Of a stretch of 64,000 bases of DNA, positions 13,240-25,618 are shown piece by piece; position 1 is the stretch's first letter, and each line of letters opens with the position of its first letter. A model generated the notes under the pieces. The model saw nothing but the letters and a program-made list of their open reading frames with translations, did no database searches and was not told where the DNA came from. A program made the translations under genes and the position numbers. Source of the stretch: Chiloscyllium plagiosum (lineage: Eukaryota); NCBI RefSeq assembly GCF_004010195.1, contig NC_057739.1, forward strand, positions 19,146,153 through 19,210,152. The letters are read 5' to 3'.

Positions 13240-14345
13240 CTAGAAATCATCAGATCTCGAGCACATGGATAAGAATCAACTCATCAATGAGAGTGATGGG
13301 CATTTTGTGATGGGTAGGTCATATCTGACTATTCCAATTGAATTTACTGAAGATGTCAATAGCACTGCACATAGTAGAGTCTCTATATGGATGCCCAGAG
13401 GTGTATGTTAAGATTACTTTCCAAAGATAAGCAGGAAAGAGAGTCCATGGGCTTGGAGGTATCCTTGAGCCATTGTCAGTAAATGGTTGGGAGACAGCAA
13501 GCAGGGATAAAAGGATTTTTTTTCTGATTAGCAGTCCCTGACAAATGGTGACTACAATGATCTGTACTAAGGCCTCAGCTATTCTTCATTATACTAATGA
13601 AGAAAGACTGAATTCTATATCCACATTTGCAAATGACACTGAGTTAAGAGGCAAAGTTAGCTGTTTGAAAAGCAGTTGGTTATGACAGATGGGGGTCAAG
13701 TTGAAAAGTATAAAGTGATCTACTTCAGGTCTAAGAAAGGAAACCTGATTTTTCTTTTAAATGGTGGAGGAATTGAAACTGTTGAGATGCAAAGAGATTT
13801 AGATGCACAAATTTCTTAAAGATAGAGCGCAGATACAAAGGATTATCAAAGGGCCAATCAAATGGTGAACTTTATCTCATGGAGTTTAGAATTTCAAAAC
13901 TGAAAAAATGATGCTTCCTCAATTCTCCAGAGCTTTTATAGCTGAAAGACTCCACTCAGTGTTAGACAATGCTAACAGGTTGCGCAAACTTGGTTTGCAA
14001 TCCTTTGACTTTTAGGGAAATCTGATTTAGTTGTTAAAAAGGATAAAGAGATTAGATAAGGTGGATAAAGAGGAACTATTATCTCTGTGGGGAAATTCAG
14101 AACCAAAATAAGGGAATAGTTTTACAATTATTTCATACAAGGTATATTTAAAATGAGGAACTTAGCATTTACAGCCTTTTGTGGAGTGACTGCAACAAAA
14201 AAATTAAAAGCTGAGATTGGTAGATTTTTACTGGAAACAGGTAGCAAAACATACAGAGAAATGGTCAGTAAATGGAGCTGAGGAATGTTCTAAGTGCAAG
14301 GTGGAACAGACCAAAAGGGCTGAATGGCCTTCTTTGGTACTAAAT
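13240..14345 (+). mobile_element. Old, heavily decayed CR1 LINE
   Basis: Remnant RT motifs (TTTGCAAATGACACT = FADDT-like), GGATTAGATAAGGTGGAT and 3'UTR AAGGGCTGAATGGCCT. Confidence 0.7.
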
Positions 14346-14526
14346 CGTATGAACCATGAAGGCTCTAAGTTCAATTCCCAAACAGAGGCAGGTTAGCCCA
14401 CTTCACCCAAACCAATAGCAGTACCAGAACAATCATAGTTTGTGGGGTACGGTTCAGTTGCAAGCACCATCTAACAACTACCATCAAATAACAGGTGTTA
14501 ATACAATTGTGAAATATCCAATCTCT

Positions 14527-14645
14527 GGGGCCTTGTGGTGAAGTAGTAATGTCCTACCACTGAGCCAGGATGCCCAGGTTCAAGTCCCACCTGCTCCAGA
14601 AGTATGTGTATTGTAACATCTCTGAACAAGTTAAAAATACCTACA
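14527..14645 (+). mobile_element. Short tRNA-derived SINE (family C)
   Basis: A-box-like TGGTGAAGTAGTAA and B-box GGTTCAAGTCC; a related copy lies on the minus strand at 19615-19702. Confidence 0.6.
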
Positions 14646-15895
14646 TCCTCAATCTCAAAAAACCTCCTGGCACTGAATAGCTATGCTTGCACGTGAATGC
14701 AACTAATGGGCCAGGTACCAGCTGCCTGCAACTATGGGATTATATCCAGCTCAAGATAACACCTTCAAAAAGAGGAGAAGGCATTAGGGAAAATATATTA
14801 TAATTGTGAAATTTAATTTGAAAATCTACAACAGTGTCCCAAAGAAAAATGACAAAATATATTAAATATAATCAGAATTAACAGCTTCTGGCCAATCATA
14901 AACTCCTTGTATCATTTATTCAGCATTTGGAGTCAATTATTACCTCAGCAGCTGAGTAATTCAGACATGTCTAACTTAAATACCAATAAAGAAAAAACAT
15001 CAGTCCAATGGGACCAGTATAAACAATGCATTTTAATGTAATATTTGTAATATAGTTCTGCAGTGTCATATCAAGGCAGTTAAAGCATACAGTTAACACC
15101 TTAATCCTCTAAATATTTGGTCTATAAAAGAAAAACTACTTCATAAAACCTTTGCACATTGCAATTTCCAATTGCTGAATACAAGCTCTAAAAGAAATCA
15201 GCTGGAATTTTAATTAAATATTCTGTAATGCACAATCTTACTTTGGGACTCTGCTGCCTAAGGGTACTTTAGTTTGCTTAATATGAAGAGCAAATGGCAG
15301 AGGGGAGAAAAGACTCTAACGATGAGTTATCTCCCTTTCCAGCTAACCCCAGCAGTGCAGGTAGCTACCCAGAATCACCTCACATCAGTCCTTGGTATTA
15401 AGGTCAGGCTCCCTCCATTCAGAGGTCACCAACAAGAACTGAATTCACACTTCCTTAGATATGGGAAATAGGCACATCTAAGAAACTGATAACGATCTAA
15501 ACCTAGCTGTCATGGCAGACAGATAATTAGAGCAAACGTAGTAGGCAATCATTGATTATTATCCATTACCAAGCATTTACATGCTCTCAACCAACTGAAA
15601 ACTATATGGAGCATCATTCTCTATGGAAAAGTGACTGTCTCCCAATATGTACATGAAGCATTGCAAACCTTTAACAAACTTATAATTTGTATCATGAGAC
15701 CTATCCAATGCTTTAACACTGTAAAAATAAAAAAGAGGCTCATTGCAGCCTGTAATTCCAGAAACGATGATGGTCAGGCCCACTGAATCCTGGGAAAGAC
15801 TCTATGTTAGCTACCCTAGAGTGGGAGAGCCTATCAGAAGGCAGAAGGAATTAATATATAGTTTCTATCCCCTTGCAGCATCATGTCACCCTGGC

Positions 15896-16170
15896 TCATT
15901 AAGTGTTACAACAATATTACTTGAAGTCTTACACCTTATTATTATTACAGTTATCTGTTTTTGCAATTTTGCACTTTTTGCATGATCAGAGCTAAACTTC
16001 AAGAATTGTACAAAAAATATTTAAATCACTGAAACTAGATGTAGCAACTTTAGAAAGTGTAGTCTCCTCAGCAGGTGGAAAGCTATGTATTATCGAATGT
16101 AAACCTTGTCCTTATTGTATCATTTTGGTTTATTCTGGCTACTTGCTTTGGGGCCTTTCATCACCTGGTT
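15896..16170 (+). repeat. Inverted repeat, left arm (275 bp)
   Basis: Reverse complement of 17133-17407 with 5 substitutions counted by eye. Confidence 0.97.
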
Positions 16171-17132
16171 CCAACGTAGCATCCATGAGCCGAGTCCACT
16201 GCAACTTAATGTCGATCAGATTGGATCCATATAGCTTTCTAACAAGATTGGAAGGATATACAACAAATTCTGCTCACACCTTCTAGGTCAGGGAAAGGTG
16301 TACTCACTATCAGGCATTCTGTCCGATGGGATACCGAATATTAGGCAGGGGGAGGACCAGAACCTTTGCCATTGCCTCCAATTTCCCTGCCACCTCACCC
16401 ATGGGCCCCACATCATGACCCCAAACCTGCCCTCACTCACTCTGGTTTGTGATCTCATGACATTGCTGGGCTCCTGGTGAGTGCTGTGCAGTCAGCAGCC
16501 ATTATTCTGACAGACACCAAGAACAACATCATTACAACAGTGAATCCATTACTTTTGGAATATTTTGGTTGAAAAAGGTGCTACATAAATATAAGTTCCT
16601 TTCTATCTTTTATGCAAGCACTTCTGGGAACAGCATGTCTTAAAAATACCAGGGAAATGGCAGCCATATATTATCAGGCCCAAAATTTAACATTAGAACA
16701 CTACTCTGAAGCAGGAAACATGTGTACACAAACTTGACTCTCAAAATGGCTGAACTCAAAACTACATCCTGAATGTCAAGGGATCTGCTCACATTATCAT
16801 GGAAAACAAATCTAGATGTTTTTAAGATTGAATGTTAAAGTGCAGCATTCTTAGTCCTCACTTCCCCATAGAATACCAAGCTCATAAGGGATTAAATGAT
16901 CCAAACACTGGTTGTCTACTAATCATCTCAAGGCAGCGAAATGGCTATAGTGCACAACAACCAGCTTCTCAATGTGCTAGAAACAATCATCCCTGCAAAA
17001 GGCGACTGGTCAATTTGAATGAAAGCACAAGCAGTACGTGGGCTGAGAGCAATATTTAATGCCTCTTCCTCTTATAGAAGGTACACTGACCATGCTGAAG
17101 ATCATTGCTGTGGCCACCCCTTCTGTACAGCT

Positions 17133-17407
17133 AACCAGGTGATGAAAGGCCCCAAAGCAAGTAGCCAGAATAAACCAAAATGATACAATAAGGACAGGGT
17201 TTACATTCGATAATGCATAGCTTTCCACCTGCTGAGGAGACTACACTTTCTAAAGTTGCTACATCTAGTTTCAGAGATTTAAATATTTTTTGTACAATTC
17301 TTGAAGTTTAGCTCTGATCATGCAAAAAGTGCAAAATTGCAAAAACAGACAACTGTAATAATAATAAGGTATAAGACTTCAAGTAATATTGTTGTAACAC
17401 TTAATGA
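17133..17407 (-). repeat. Inverted repeat, right arm (275 bp)
   Basis: Reverse complement of 15896-16170. Confidence 0.97.
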
Positions 17408-17876
17408 TTAACACTTGCCATCAATTAATACACGTTAGAGGTTAAACTCAATGAAGCAGATCGCAATTAATTATCAAATTGGATGTTCCCAATAGGAAGC
17501 AGCATCTTTAAGGAGGGTTAAGTCAGAAACCAATACATTTCAAACATTTAAATTCAGAGGCTGTGGGCCGGTCTTTTTCCCTCACAGCCTCCGTGGGAGC
17601 CCTGCTCCACACTAACATCATCACTACAAAATCTCTCAAAACAGTCAAAGTCTTACGGGACAGTGAGTTGGGAGGGGGTTAGTGGTGAGTTAGAGTTATT
17701 ATCTCATAAAAAATGAAGGGAAAAGTTAGATACTTTTTATTATTAGCCCATGGATGTTTTGCTGCATTTGGATTTAGAAGCAAAAATTATCACTTAACTG
17801 TGAATTGGTTAAGTACTTGGAAAGGAAGAATACAAAAAGTTTGTGGAGAGTAAAGAACTGCTACTGTTATAGACCT

Positions 17877-18226
17877 TTTTTTTTTAATTCATTCGCAGGA
17901 TGTGGGTGTCATTGGCTAGGCAGCATTTATTGTCCATCCCTAATTGCTCAGAGGGCAATTAAGAGTGCTTTGGGTCTGAAGTCACATGTCAGCCAGACTG
18001 GCTAAGGATGGCAGATTTCCGTCCCTGAAGAACATTGATGAACAAATTAACATTAGTGAGCCAATGACAATTGACACTGGCTTCATGGTCATCATTAAGT
18101 TCTTAGTTCCAGATATTTTAATTTAATTCAAATTCCACCATGGCAGGATTTGAACCCAGACCCCTGTATCATTACCATTGTCTCTGGATTAATAGTCTCG
18201 TGATAATACAACTTGGCCATTGCCTG
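17877..18226 (-). mobile_element. Family-B tRNA SINE
   Basis: Poly-T then ATTCATTCGCAGGATGTGGGTGTCATTGGCTAGGCAGCATTTATTG...AATTCAAATTCCACCATGGCAGGATTTGAACCC. Confidence 0.8.
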
Positions 18227-19614
18227 CCTTATCATTAGCACAATGCACAATGTTTGAAATATTTTACTTTACTTCCCTACAATAACTATGACTTGTCATT
18301 GAATTACCAATACATTCAAAATGTATTATTACATTTGTGTTGTTTACAACTAAAAAAAAGGCAAAATAAAAGAAATGACTTGAACAAGCATCTTGATCTA
18401 TATTAACGGTTCTTGCCAATTTTAAACTCCAAGAAGGTGAGAAACAAAAATGTCTCTATAAAAAAGAAAGAACAGGTTGGAAATGGAATTGTAATTGCCT
18501 CCGTCAGGTCTCTACAGAAACACATTCTCATGATGCAGCACTAAAATGGAGCTACAATTCAACTTCTAAGATATCCATTATATTCTGCATATTAATATAC
18601 TGTTTCATTAAATTCCCCTTATATTCAGGTAGCTTGCATCCAAAATAGTTTTCTAAAAACTTCTGTGAACGTGTCAAATACATTTAAATGAAAGGACTTC
18701 AAGTTACAGTGAATAGGAGGCCATATTTACACTCATCAGGCAATTGACTCGGGTGAAATATACCCTTATATTTCACTCACTTGAATCAATATTTGTATGC
18801 TGACGAATCCCATCAACAGACTGTAAAATAAGCAAACAGCAAGTGGTGTTATAACAACATTGCACACTGCAGGTTTCAACAACACTTCAGCAAAGTATTT
18901 CTTCTTTGACAGACCACAATCCTTTTGTTTATAACAGAAAATTTAAGCAAGTTATTGGTGTTCATCACAATATGACTTATCACACTTTTGTCCATGTATC
19001 AAAAAAAATAGTTTTCATTATCTAGTGACATGTTTCTGGTTGATCAATTCAGATGTTAAAAAAGCACAGAATATATTCAAATCTTCTGTTACTCAGTCTG
19101 TCATTTCAACAAGCCTCAATTCAGCAGAATTCCGATGATCTGATTGGGGATGAGGAAAACATGTTACTTTGATGAGAAACATTTCTGGTGCCAGACTTCC
19201 AGTAACCTACAAAAATGTAGCTCCGATAACCAAGATCCCAGTCACTTAAAGGTTATTGTGCATGAATCAGACTGTTGAACAGGCTGGTGTCCATATGCTA
19301 AGTTGAGCAACAAAAGACTTTCAGAAATCCAGGACAGTCTTATTGTAAACTTGTGATTTAGCACAAACACCAGTTTCCACGTTTCCCTTTTGAACTCTTT
19401 CTTGTCCAGAAAGCCACTCTCAATGGGGGAAGACCACAGTTCTTTCTTTCTTTTCTCAGCATTTTTTCATGAACCCACTGCATAATTACAAAACACCCAA
19501 TTAACCAAAACACATAAACTGTCCACCAGAGGCAATGTGTCAAGTGTTGTTACCAGAGGTGATGATGACTCTCCCTGACCCCGGTCCCTTGGGAAACCCT
19601 CCATCCAGTTAGTC

Positions 19615-19702
19615 TTTAAACAATCTGCTCAAACATGTGACTACATACCTGTGAGGCTGAACCCAGAGATGGGGACAGTACCACTGTGCCACAAAAGCCC
19701 TT
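19615..19702 (-). mobile_element. Short tRNA SINE (family C) relic
   Basis: Minus strand AGGGCTTTTGTGGCACAGTGGTACTGTCCCC resembles the head at 14527. Confidence 0.45.
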
Positions 19703-19969
19703 AAGAATCCAGCACTTTTTATTTAAATACATCTACCATCAAACTGAACAAAACACCCAATTAATCAAATAACAAATGTTGTCCACTACTAGGGACAATG
19801 TGAAACAACCTAGTTCTTTTTATTTATTTTTGAAATTCACTATTAGATTAACCAATCAACTGGTCACTTAATGACAAGTGCTGCCCACTGGAAGCAGTGT
19901 AACAATAACAAATAATCAATGTCAAGGGAGGTTGGAATAATTCAAAATGGTCTTAGTGGGGGAGATTGT

Positions 19970-20310
19970 GGGCGGCACGGTGGCACAGTGGTTAGCACTG
20001 CTGCCTCACAGCGCCAGACACCCGGGTTTAATTCCCACCTCAGGCGACTGACTGTGTGGGGTTTGCACGTTCTCCCCATGTCTGCGTGGGTTTCCTCCGG
20101 GTGCTCCAGGTGCTCCGGTTTCCTCCCACAGTCCAAAGATGTGCAGGTCAGGTGAATTGGCCATGCTAAATTGCCCGTAGTGTTAGGTAAGGGGTAAATG
20201 TAGGGGTATGGGTGGGTTGCGCTTCGGCGGGTTGGTGTGGACTTGCTGGGCCGAAGGGCCTGTTTCAACACTGTAATGTAATGTAATCTAAAATGTAATC
20301 TAATCTAATC
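19970..20310 (+). mobile_element. HE1-type V-SINE, full length and young
   Basis: tRNA head GGGCGGCACGGTGGCACAGTGGTTAGCAC, V-domain TTTGCACGTTCTCCCC...GGGTTTCCTCCGGGTGCTCC...CCCACAGTCCAAAGA, CR1-type tail GGGCCGAAGGGCCTGTTT and (TAATC)n end; CpGs retained. Confidence 0.92.
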
Positions 20311-22756
20311 ATAACGTACTTCAGCTCCTGTGGTATCCTGCTTTCTCTAAAGGATGTGAGGCTCCCTCTCCAAAGATACCACAGTGCAGACATAGAAAGG
20401 CAGGCAATTGGGAATTATGACCCCTTCCATGGTCCACTCCCTGGATCTGTTGATGGTCATTTCAACCAGAAACATGCCTATAAGGAGGTCCTCCAAACCG
20501 CTTGCAGCAGGTAAAGAACCCGTCTCTTTATAAATAAACCACCACCAAATTAACAAAACAACCAATGCATCAAATACAGCACTGCCCATGGGGGTCAGCA
20601 AGATCCCAGTTCCCATTTTTCTTTGTAAGCTCACTACCAAATTAATGAATTATCTCAAAGAGAAATAACAAAGTACAAACACTGCCCATCAGGGGCAGTG
20701 TAACAATAACAAAAACCAGAAAGGTGGGGAAACAAGAGAAGGAACTAAATCAAAATGGAGTAGTTCAGGGAAGTAACAGACCCCAGCCTCTGTGGCAGGT
20801 TATGAACCCACCATCTAAACACCAAATTGAACAAATAACTAACACTGCTCACCAGGGGAGCTATAACAATAATAAACAGCTAAAAGATGTGGAAACGAGG
20901 GAGGGGGAGATAATGCACTCTGACTCACACTGTATTCATCTCACTCAAATACCTTTGAGGCACTAGCAGGTATACCATACATCCCTCTCCAAGGTCACCT
21001 GAGCATGAATGTATCTGTGGAAGAGGGAGAGGCAGTCAGGAATTACAACACTCGACACAGTCCACTGCCTCAACTTATGGATGGCATTTTAGCCAGGTCC
21101 AGGAGCAGACCCATGTTGAGGTCCTCCACCCCTGCACTGGTTGACCAAAGAGCAGGAGCAGGCGGCTGAAGTGTAACCAAAAGATCTATAAGAGGCTTTA
21201 TTGTTAAAACTACAAACAGAGGGAGCGATCTCTTACAACCTACATAAATATGGTCCATGGTCTCCACAGCACTGCAGAATAAACAGTTGGCCTGGAATTC
21301 AGTGAAACACCTTAGTCTATACAGTCTGTTCTGATGCAACACGATAAAACTACTTGAAAATGTATCTTACTCTTGTATATTGATGAATTATTCATTGCTT
21401 CAAGTTTGACTGACTGCATTCCAGATCACAGGCAGGTAACTCAAATATCTTTCTAAAAATTTAGGGTCCAGGTCATAAACACCTTGAAGCAAATTCATAA
21501 CAAAATCATCTAAAAGAATGTACAGTGTACTCTGTCTTCAATTGCAGATGGGGGCTAAGGGTCAGTTTGAATGCTATGAGTCTCGACAAGCACCCTGCAG
21601 CCTTTGTACATGGATCTCCATGGTTCAAACCATTACCATTGTTGAAGGCCACTCAACAATTGAAAATATTTTCCCTCAATCTTATTCATACACCACCCTT
21701 GCATCTAGAAAATTTGAGAGATCAAGTTCTCTGCAAAAGAGGCAAAATGCTATTGTAAAACAAAAGGTGAATAAGAACAAATCATTGCTGCTTTTTCTTC
21801 AATGTCAATGAGTGACTGCTGATAGTAGCTAATTTAAGATTATATACAGAATATTCTTTATCCCTTTGTCCAGCCAGTCAGTTAAAATTACTTTTCAGCA
21901 ATGTGTTCATGCTCTGGGGGAAGGATAAAATTCCTGCATCCATTTATGAGGAGATGAGGAATGGTGGCTGGGGAAACTAATTTGGGGAATTTTTCACCCT
22001 TGTTTAAGTCATCAAATCAACAAGCTCCGCAAGTAAACTTATAAGCATGTTTCCATTTCCAAAGGCTCAAATTGCTTGATTTCAAAAAATTGCAGTTTAA
22101 CTTTAAGTAAGATATATTCAGCTCTCAATGTGATAATCATGGCACTTAGTTACAGAAAAAAGGAATGAATTAGTTTCAATTCCCATAACAAAAAATGTCT
22201 TCCCTTTTGTTATGTATATTGCAATTTTAAAGTCCAATGAACAAATTTGTTCTTTTTCAGTAATGTTTAAGCTTCTGGCCATGCAAGATGGTCACATGTT
22301 TATTTGAGGGAGATACATTAACTACAATGGCAAGCTCTCAAATATCTTACATTTGCTTCCTTATTTCATAAACTGATTTTACACAAACCGTGCACAGAAC
22401 ATATGTTTGATCCAGAATAAGTAAATAAATTGATGTTGTTATAAAGATCATCTTATGCAGTAATTCTTGTTTCTCCAAGGGACAGCTTCCCACACAATTT
22501 CTTTTTTAATTACATTGTCAGAGTACATTTATATTTTATGAAACTATTATACATATAGTGTATGTTCATATATAACGTAAGAACCTATTATACTCAAAAG
22601 ATGTACATTGTCATACATTCTAGGAAGCCATTGTATGATAAGAGATATGTTTGTATATACTTTATCAAGTCATATTTTAAATGTATACTCTCACTCACAG
22701 TTTATGATGTAACATTACTTCCTCACTCCACTATGCCCTGTGGATGGAATGCATTG

Positions 22757-22937
22757 CTGAAAAATGTGTTGTTGGAAAAGCGCAGCAGGTCAGGCAGCAT
22801 CAAAGGAGCAGGAGAATCAACGTTTCGGGCATAAGCCCTTCTTCAGGAATGCTTTGATGCTGCCTGACCTGCTGCGCTTTTCCAGCAACACATTTTTCAG
22901 CTCTGATCTCCAGCATCTGCAGTCCTCACTTTCTCCC
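22757..22937. mobile_element. Short Penelope-like insertion (inverted terminal pieces) with 14-bp TSD
   Basis: 50-bp inverted arms at 22756-22805 and 22852-22901; GGATGGAATGCATT at 22742-22755 and 22938-22951; sequence matches the PLE 3' end at 32020-32148. Confidence 0.9.
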
Positions 22938-24375
22938 GGATGGAATGCATTACCAATTTGGACTGTTTCTCCTGGGAGCAATGCAGGTTGGGAGTGATGG
23001 GTGATAAAACAAGGTAACCAGTCTGCTGCAGTTTTTCAGCTTTGAACTATTAATAGAAATCATAATCTGTCATAGTTGGGTTGGTTGATCCTCAGGACTG
23101 GAGTAAGAAATTGACACATTGAGGGGCAGTTTGTGTTAAGTGAGCCTCTGAGAACAGGCAGGCAAAGTCTTTGATATCTCATGTTCTACACCCCCAACAG
23201 TGCTGTGTGGAACCACCCTCTACAAAAAAGGAGAATTATGCCTTCTTATAGGTAGTAAGTGGAGTCAAATTAGGTGGACTTTTCTAAGGTCCATAAGCAA
23301 AACAAACAATGTGCTGTGTCTCCATTATGATCAGAATGGGATCACAAAGTAATTCAAATTCATAATAATCTTCCAAGATTGGAAAATCTGGACCATGCTT
23401 CAGTCCAAAGAACCTTACAGCAGTTATATGACAGGGAGAGATAAATTAAGTGGATTATGTGGATCAATGGATGTATGCAATTTGGATTTCAAACTGGCCT
23501 TCATATATTCGCTGCAGATTGTGTGTTCAGGTTTGATGTCATGCTATTTGTCATTCCTTTTCTCTTAATGTCAACCGAGGTGTCATTCCCAAGAAGGATT
23601 TGTATTTCATCCTCGGGTAATAGGAGAGAAAACAGCATACAGGGTGGCAATATACCTACAACAAATGACTGAGAACTGAGGACTGCAAACAATCAAGGAT
23701 TCAAGAGACGATAGTTCATTTGGAGACAGCATGAGTAGATATATTGGGCAGGAGTAAAATTTATTTCTGACTCACCATTGGCCACTTGTAAAGATGAATG
23801 ATGGGTATGAAGGAAAAGGGGTCGAATTGGGATTCCATAGATCATGGAACCATAGAATGCAATTTCTCAGATTACTGAATAGCCAGGCTCATGACCTTAC
23901 CAGACACGAACCTTTGATCCATGTTTATTAATGAGGTAGTTAGGTTGTTTGCAACCGGCAACAGATAATCAAAACATAGGATACGTTCTGGTCAATCATT
24001 CATACCTGGAGTCAGTAGATACCGATGTTCACTTTGATGCTGGTCATTGAGGTTCTAGAAACTGCACAAATTAGGCCTGGAGACCAGAATATTTTTGTGA
24101 TGCATTGTGAATATGGGGTGTAAATATTGGATGGCACATCATCTCCCAAACGTGTCATGAAGGACAACTCTCACGTGTCGTGAGGAATGCTATTTGAATG
24201 GCCCAGATATTAATTACAGAGTGCTTTGTCCACTTTACATCATTCTCCCCTCCCTGACTGTGTATCCTCCATTCCATGATCCACTGCAGTTCTTAATGTG
24301 ATTGCATAGGATGCTCTCATTATTTGATGTTGCACTACGTGATAGGACTGACATACTGCCTGTCCAACTACAATG

Positions 24376-24622
24376 GATGGCACAGTGGGTAGCATGCTTC
24401 CTTATGATGCCAGGTATCCAGGTTCAATTCCAGCTTTGGGTGACTGTGTGGAGTTTGCATGTTCACCCTGGGTGCTCCAGTTTCCTCCCACATTCCAAAG
24501 ATGTACAGGTTCAGTGAATTGGCCATGGCAAATGTAGAGCTTCAAGTCTGCTGCAGAGATGTGCTTTGGAGGGTCAGTTCAATTGGCCAAATCACCGCTT
24601 TCCGCACTGTAGGAATTCTGTA
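24376..24622 (+). mobile_element. Degenerate HE1-type V-SINE
   Basis: TGGCACAGTGG...GGTTCAATTCC...GTGTGGAGTTTGCATGTT...TTTCCTCCCACATTCCAAAGATG. Confidence 0.8.
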
Positions 24623-24815
24623 ATTTTGCTTGTGTGGTTAAAGATGCAGAGGTGGGGTGTTGGCCTGACATTTTTTTGTTTTCAGTAGAATGTCATTTTT
24701 CTGGTGGTCATTCTCCCTGCTCCAAATGACCTTTGTACAGACAGCAGGGGCTTCTGCCTTGCAGCTACTATATATCGTGGGAAAGTAACCTTAATTCCAG
24801 TTCTGAAGAAGATTC

Positions 24816-24910
24816 ATACCATACTCGAAAGGTTAACTCTGTTTTGCTCTCTACAGAGGCTGCCAGTTCTGCTGAGTATCACCAGCTTCCTTTGTGTTTG
24901 GTTTTAATTT
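24816..24910 (+). mobile_element. Old PLE 3'-terminal relic
   Basis: CAGTTCTGAAGAAG...CGAAAGGTTAACTCTGTT...ACAGAGGCTGCCAG.TCTGCTGAGT is homologous to 39757-39890 and 51935-52065. Confidence 0.6.
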
Positions 24911-25618
24911 TACTTCATTCTGCAGCCTCTTCATTGTATTGATTTTGACATGTTTTGTTCTGTCTTTTCTTTCCTAATTTCTTTTTTGCCTCCTTTTCCT
25001 TCAACATCTGCATGTTTGAGCTGCTCAAGGTTGTTGGTATGTGATGCTGGTCATGTTCTAGGAAGGGGAATTTGAACCACAGGGTGATGTGCATAAGTGT
25101 AAGAGAGAAGATGAAGGAATAGGACATTGAGGTCTGAAATACAATACTCTGCCATGTGATCGTGGACTAACGGAGACATCAGATAAGTCACTTTTTTTTC
25201 AAAAAATATATTTGTTCCATTGCCACTGAGATTAATTGAGGATCAGAATTGACAAGTTTGGTACAACATAATGACTGGAGGATGACCAGAAGTTTTCACA
25301 TTAGAAATGCCATCAAAAAAAAAGATTGGCAGCCTTTTCTACTTTCAAATACCAATACATTACTTACATGGCTGAGAAAGTGCATCACTCATTGTTAAAA
25401 GGTTGGATATTGCTCTCAAAATCCAGGGAAATTAGAAGCTTTCATTAAACCACGCAAGATTTAATTTGAAATTATTCATTTCTTCCTTGCCACATGCCAA
25501 TATTCAATCAATCAGTCTTGTCCATTTAGTGATTAGTGAACTTATTCAACGTTACACCAAAACACAACATGAGTCATTTAAAAGGCACAATTGCTATGAA
25601 GTAGTCATTGTGACAGAT

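Larger units (their letters stand above)
19460..21345 (-). mobile_element. Stack of Tx1/L1-clade-like LINE 3' ends
   Basis: ORF 21070-21342 has CLFCSAVETMDHIYVGC (CCHC knuckle) followed by EDLNMGLLLDLAK; the paralogous EDLLIGMFLVEMTINRSR lies at 20347-20640; a 3'UTR motif CCAAATTAA...CACTGCCCAYCAGGGGCAGTGTAACAATAA is repeated. Confidence 0.65.

Noticed and set aside
17557-17591. 9-bp stem hairpin GAGGCTGTG/CACAGCCTC
   Set aside because: Too short for a pre-miRNA and plausible by chance.
19970-20045. tRNA gene
   Set aside because: tRNA-like head runs straight into a V-domain and LINE tail, so it is a SINE; the same applies to the other tRNA-like heads.
19460-20880. CRISPR-like spaced repeats
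   Set aside because: Eukaryotic context, diverged units, irregular spacing and no cas genes.
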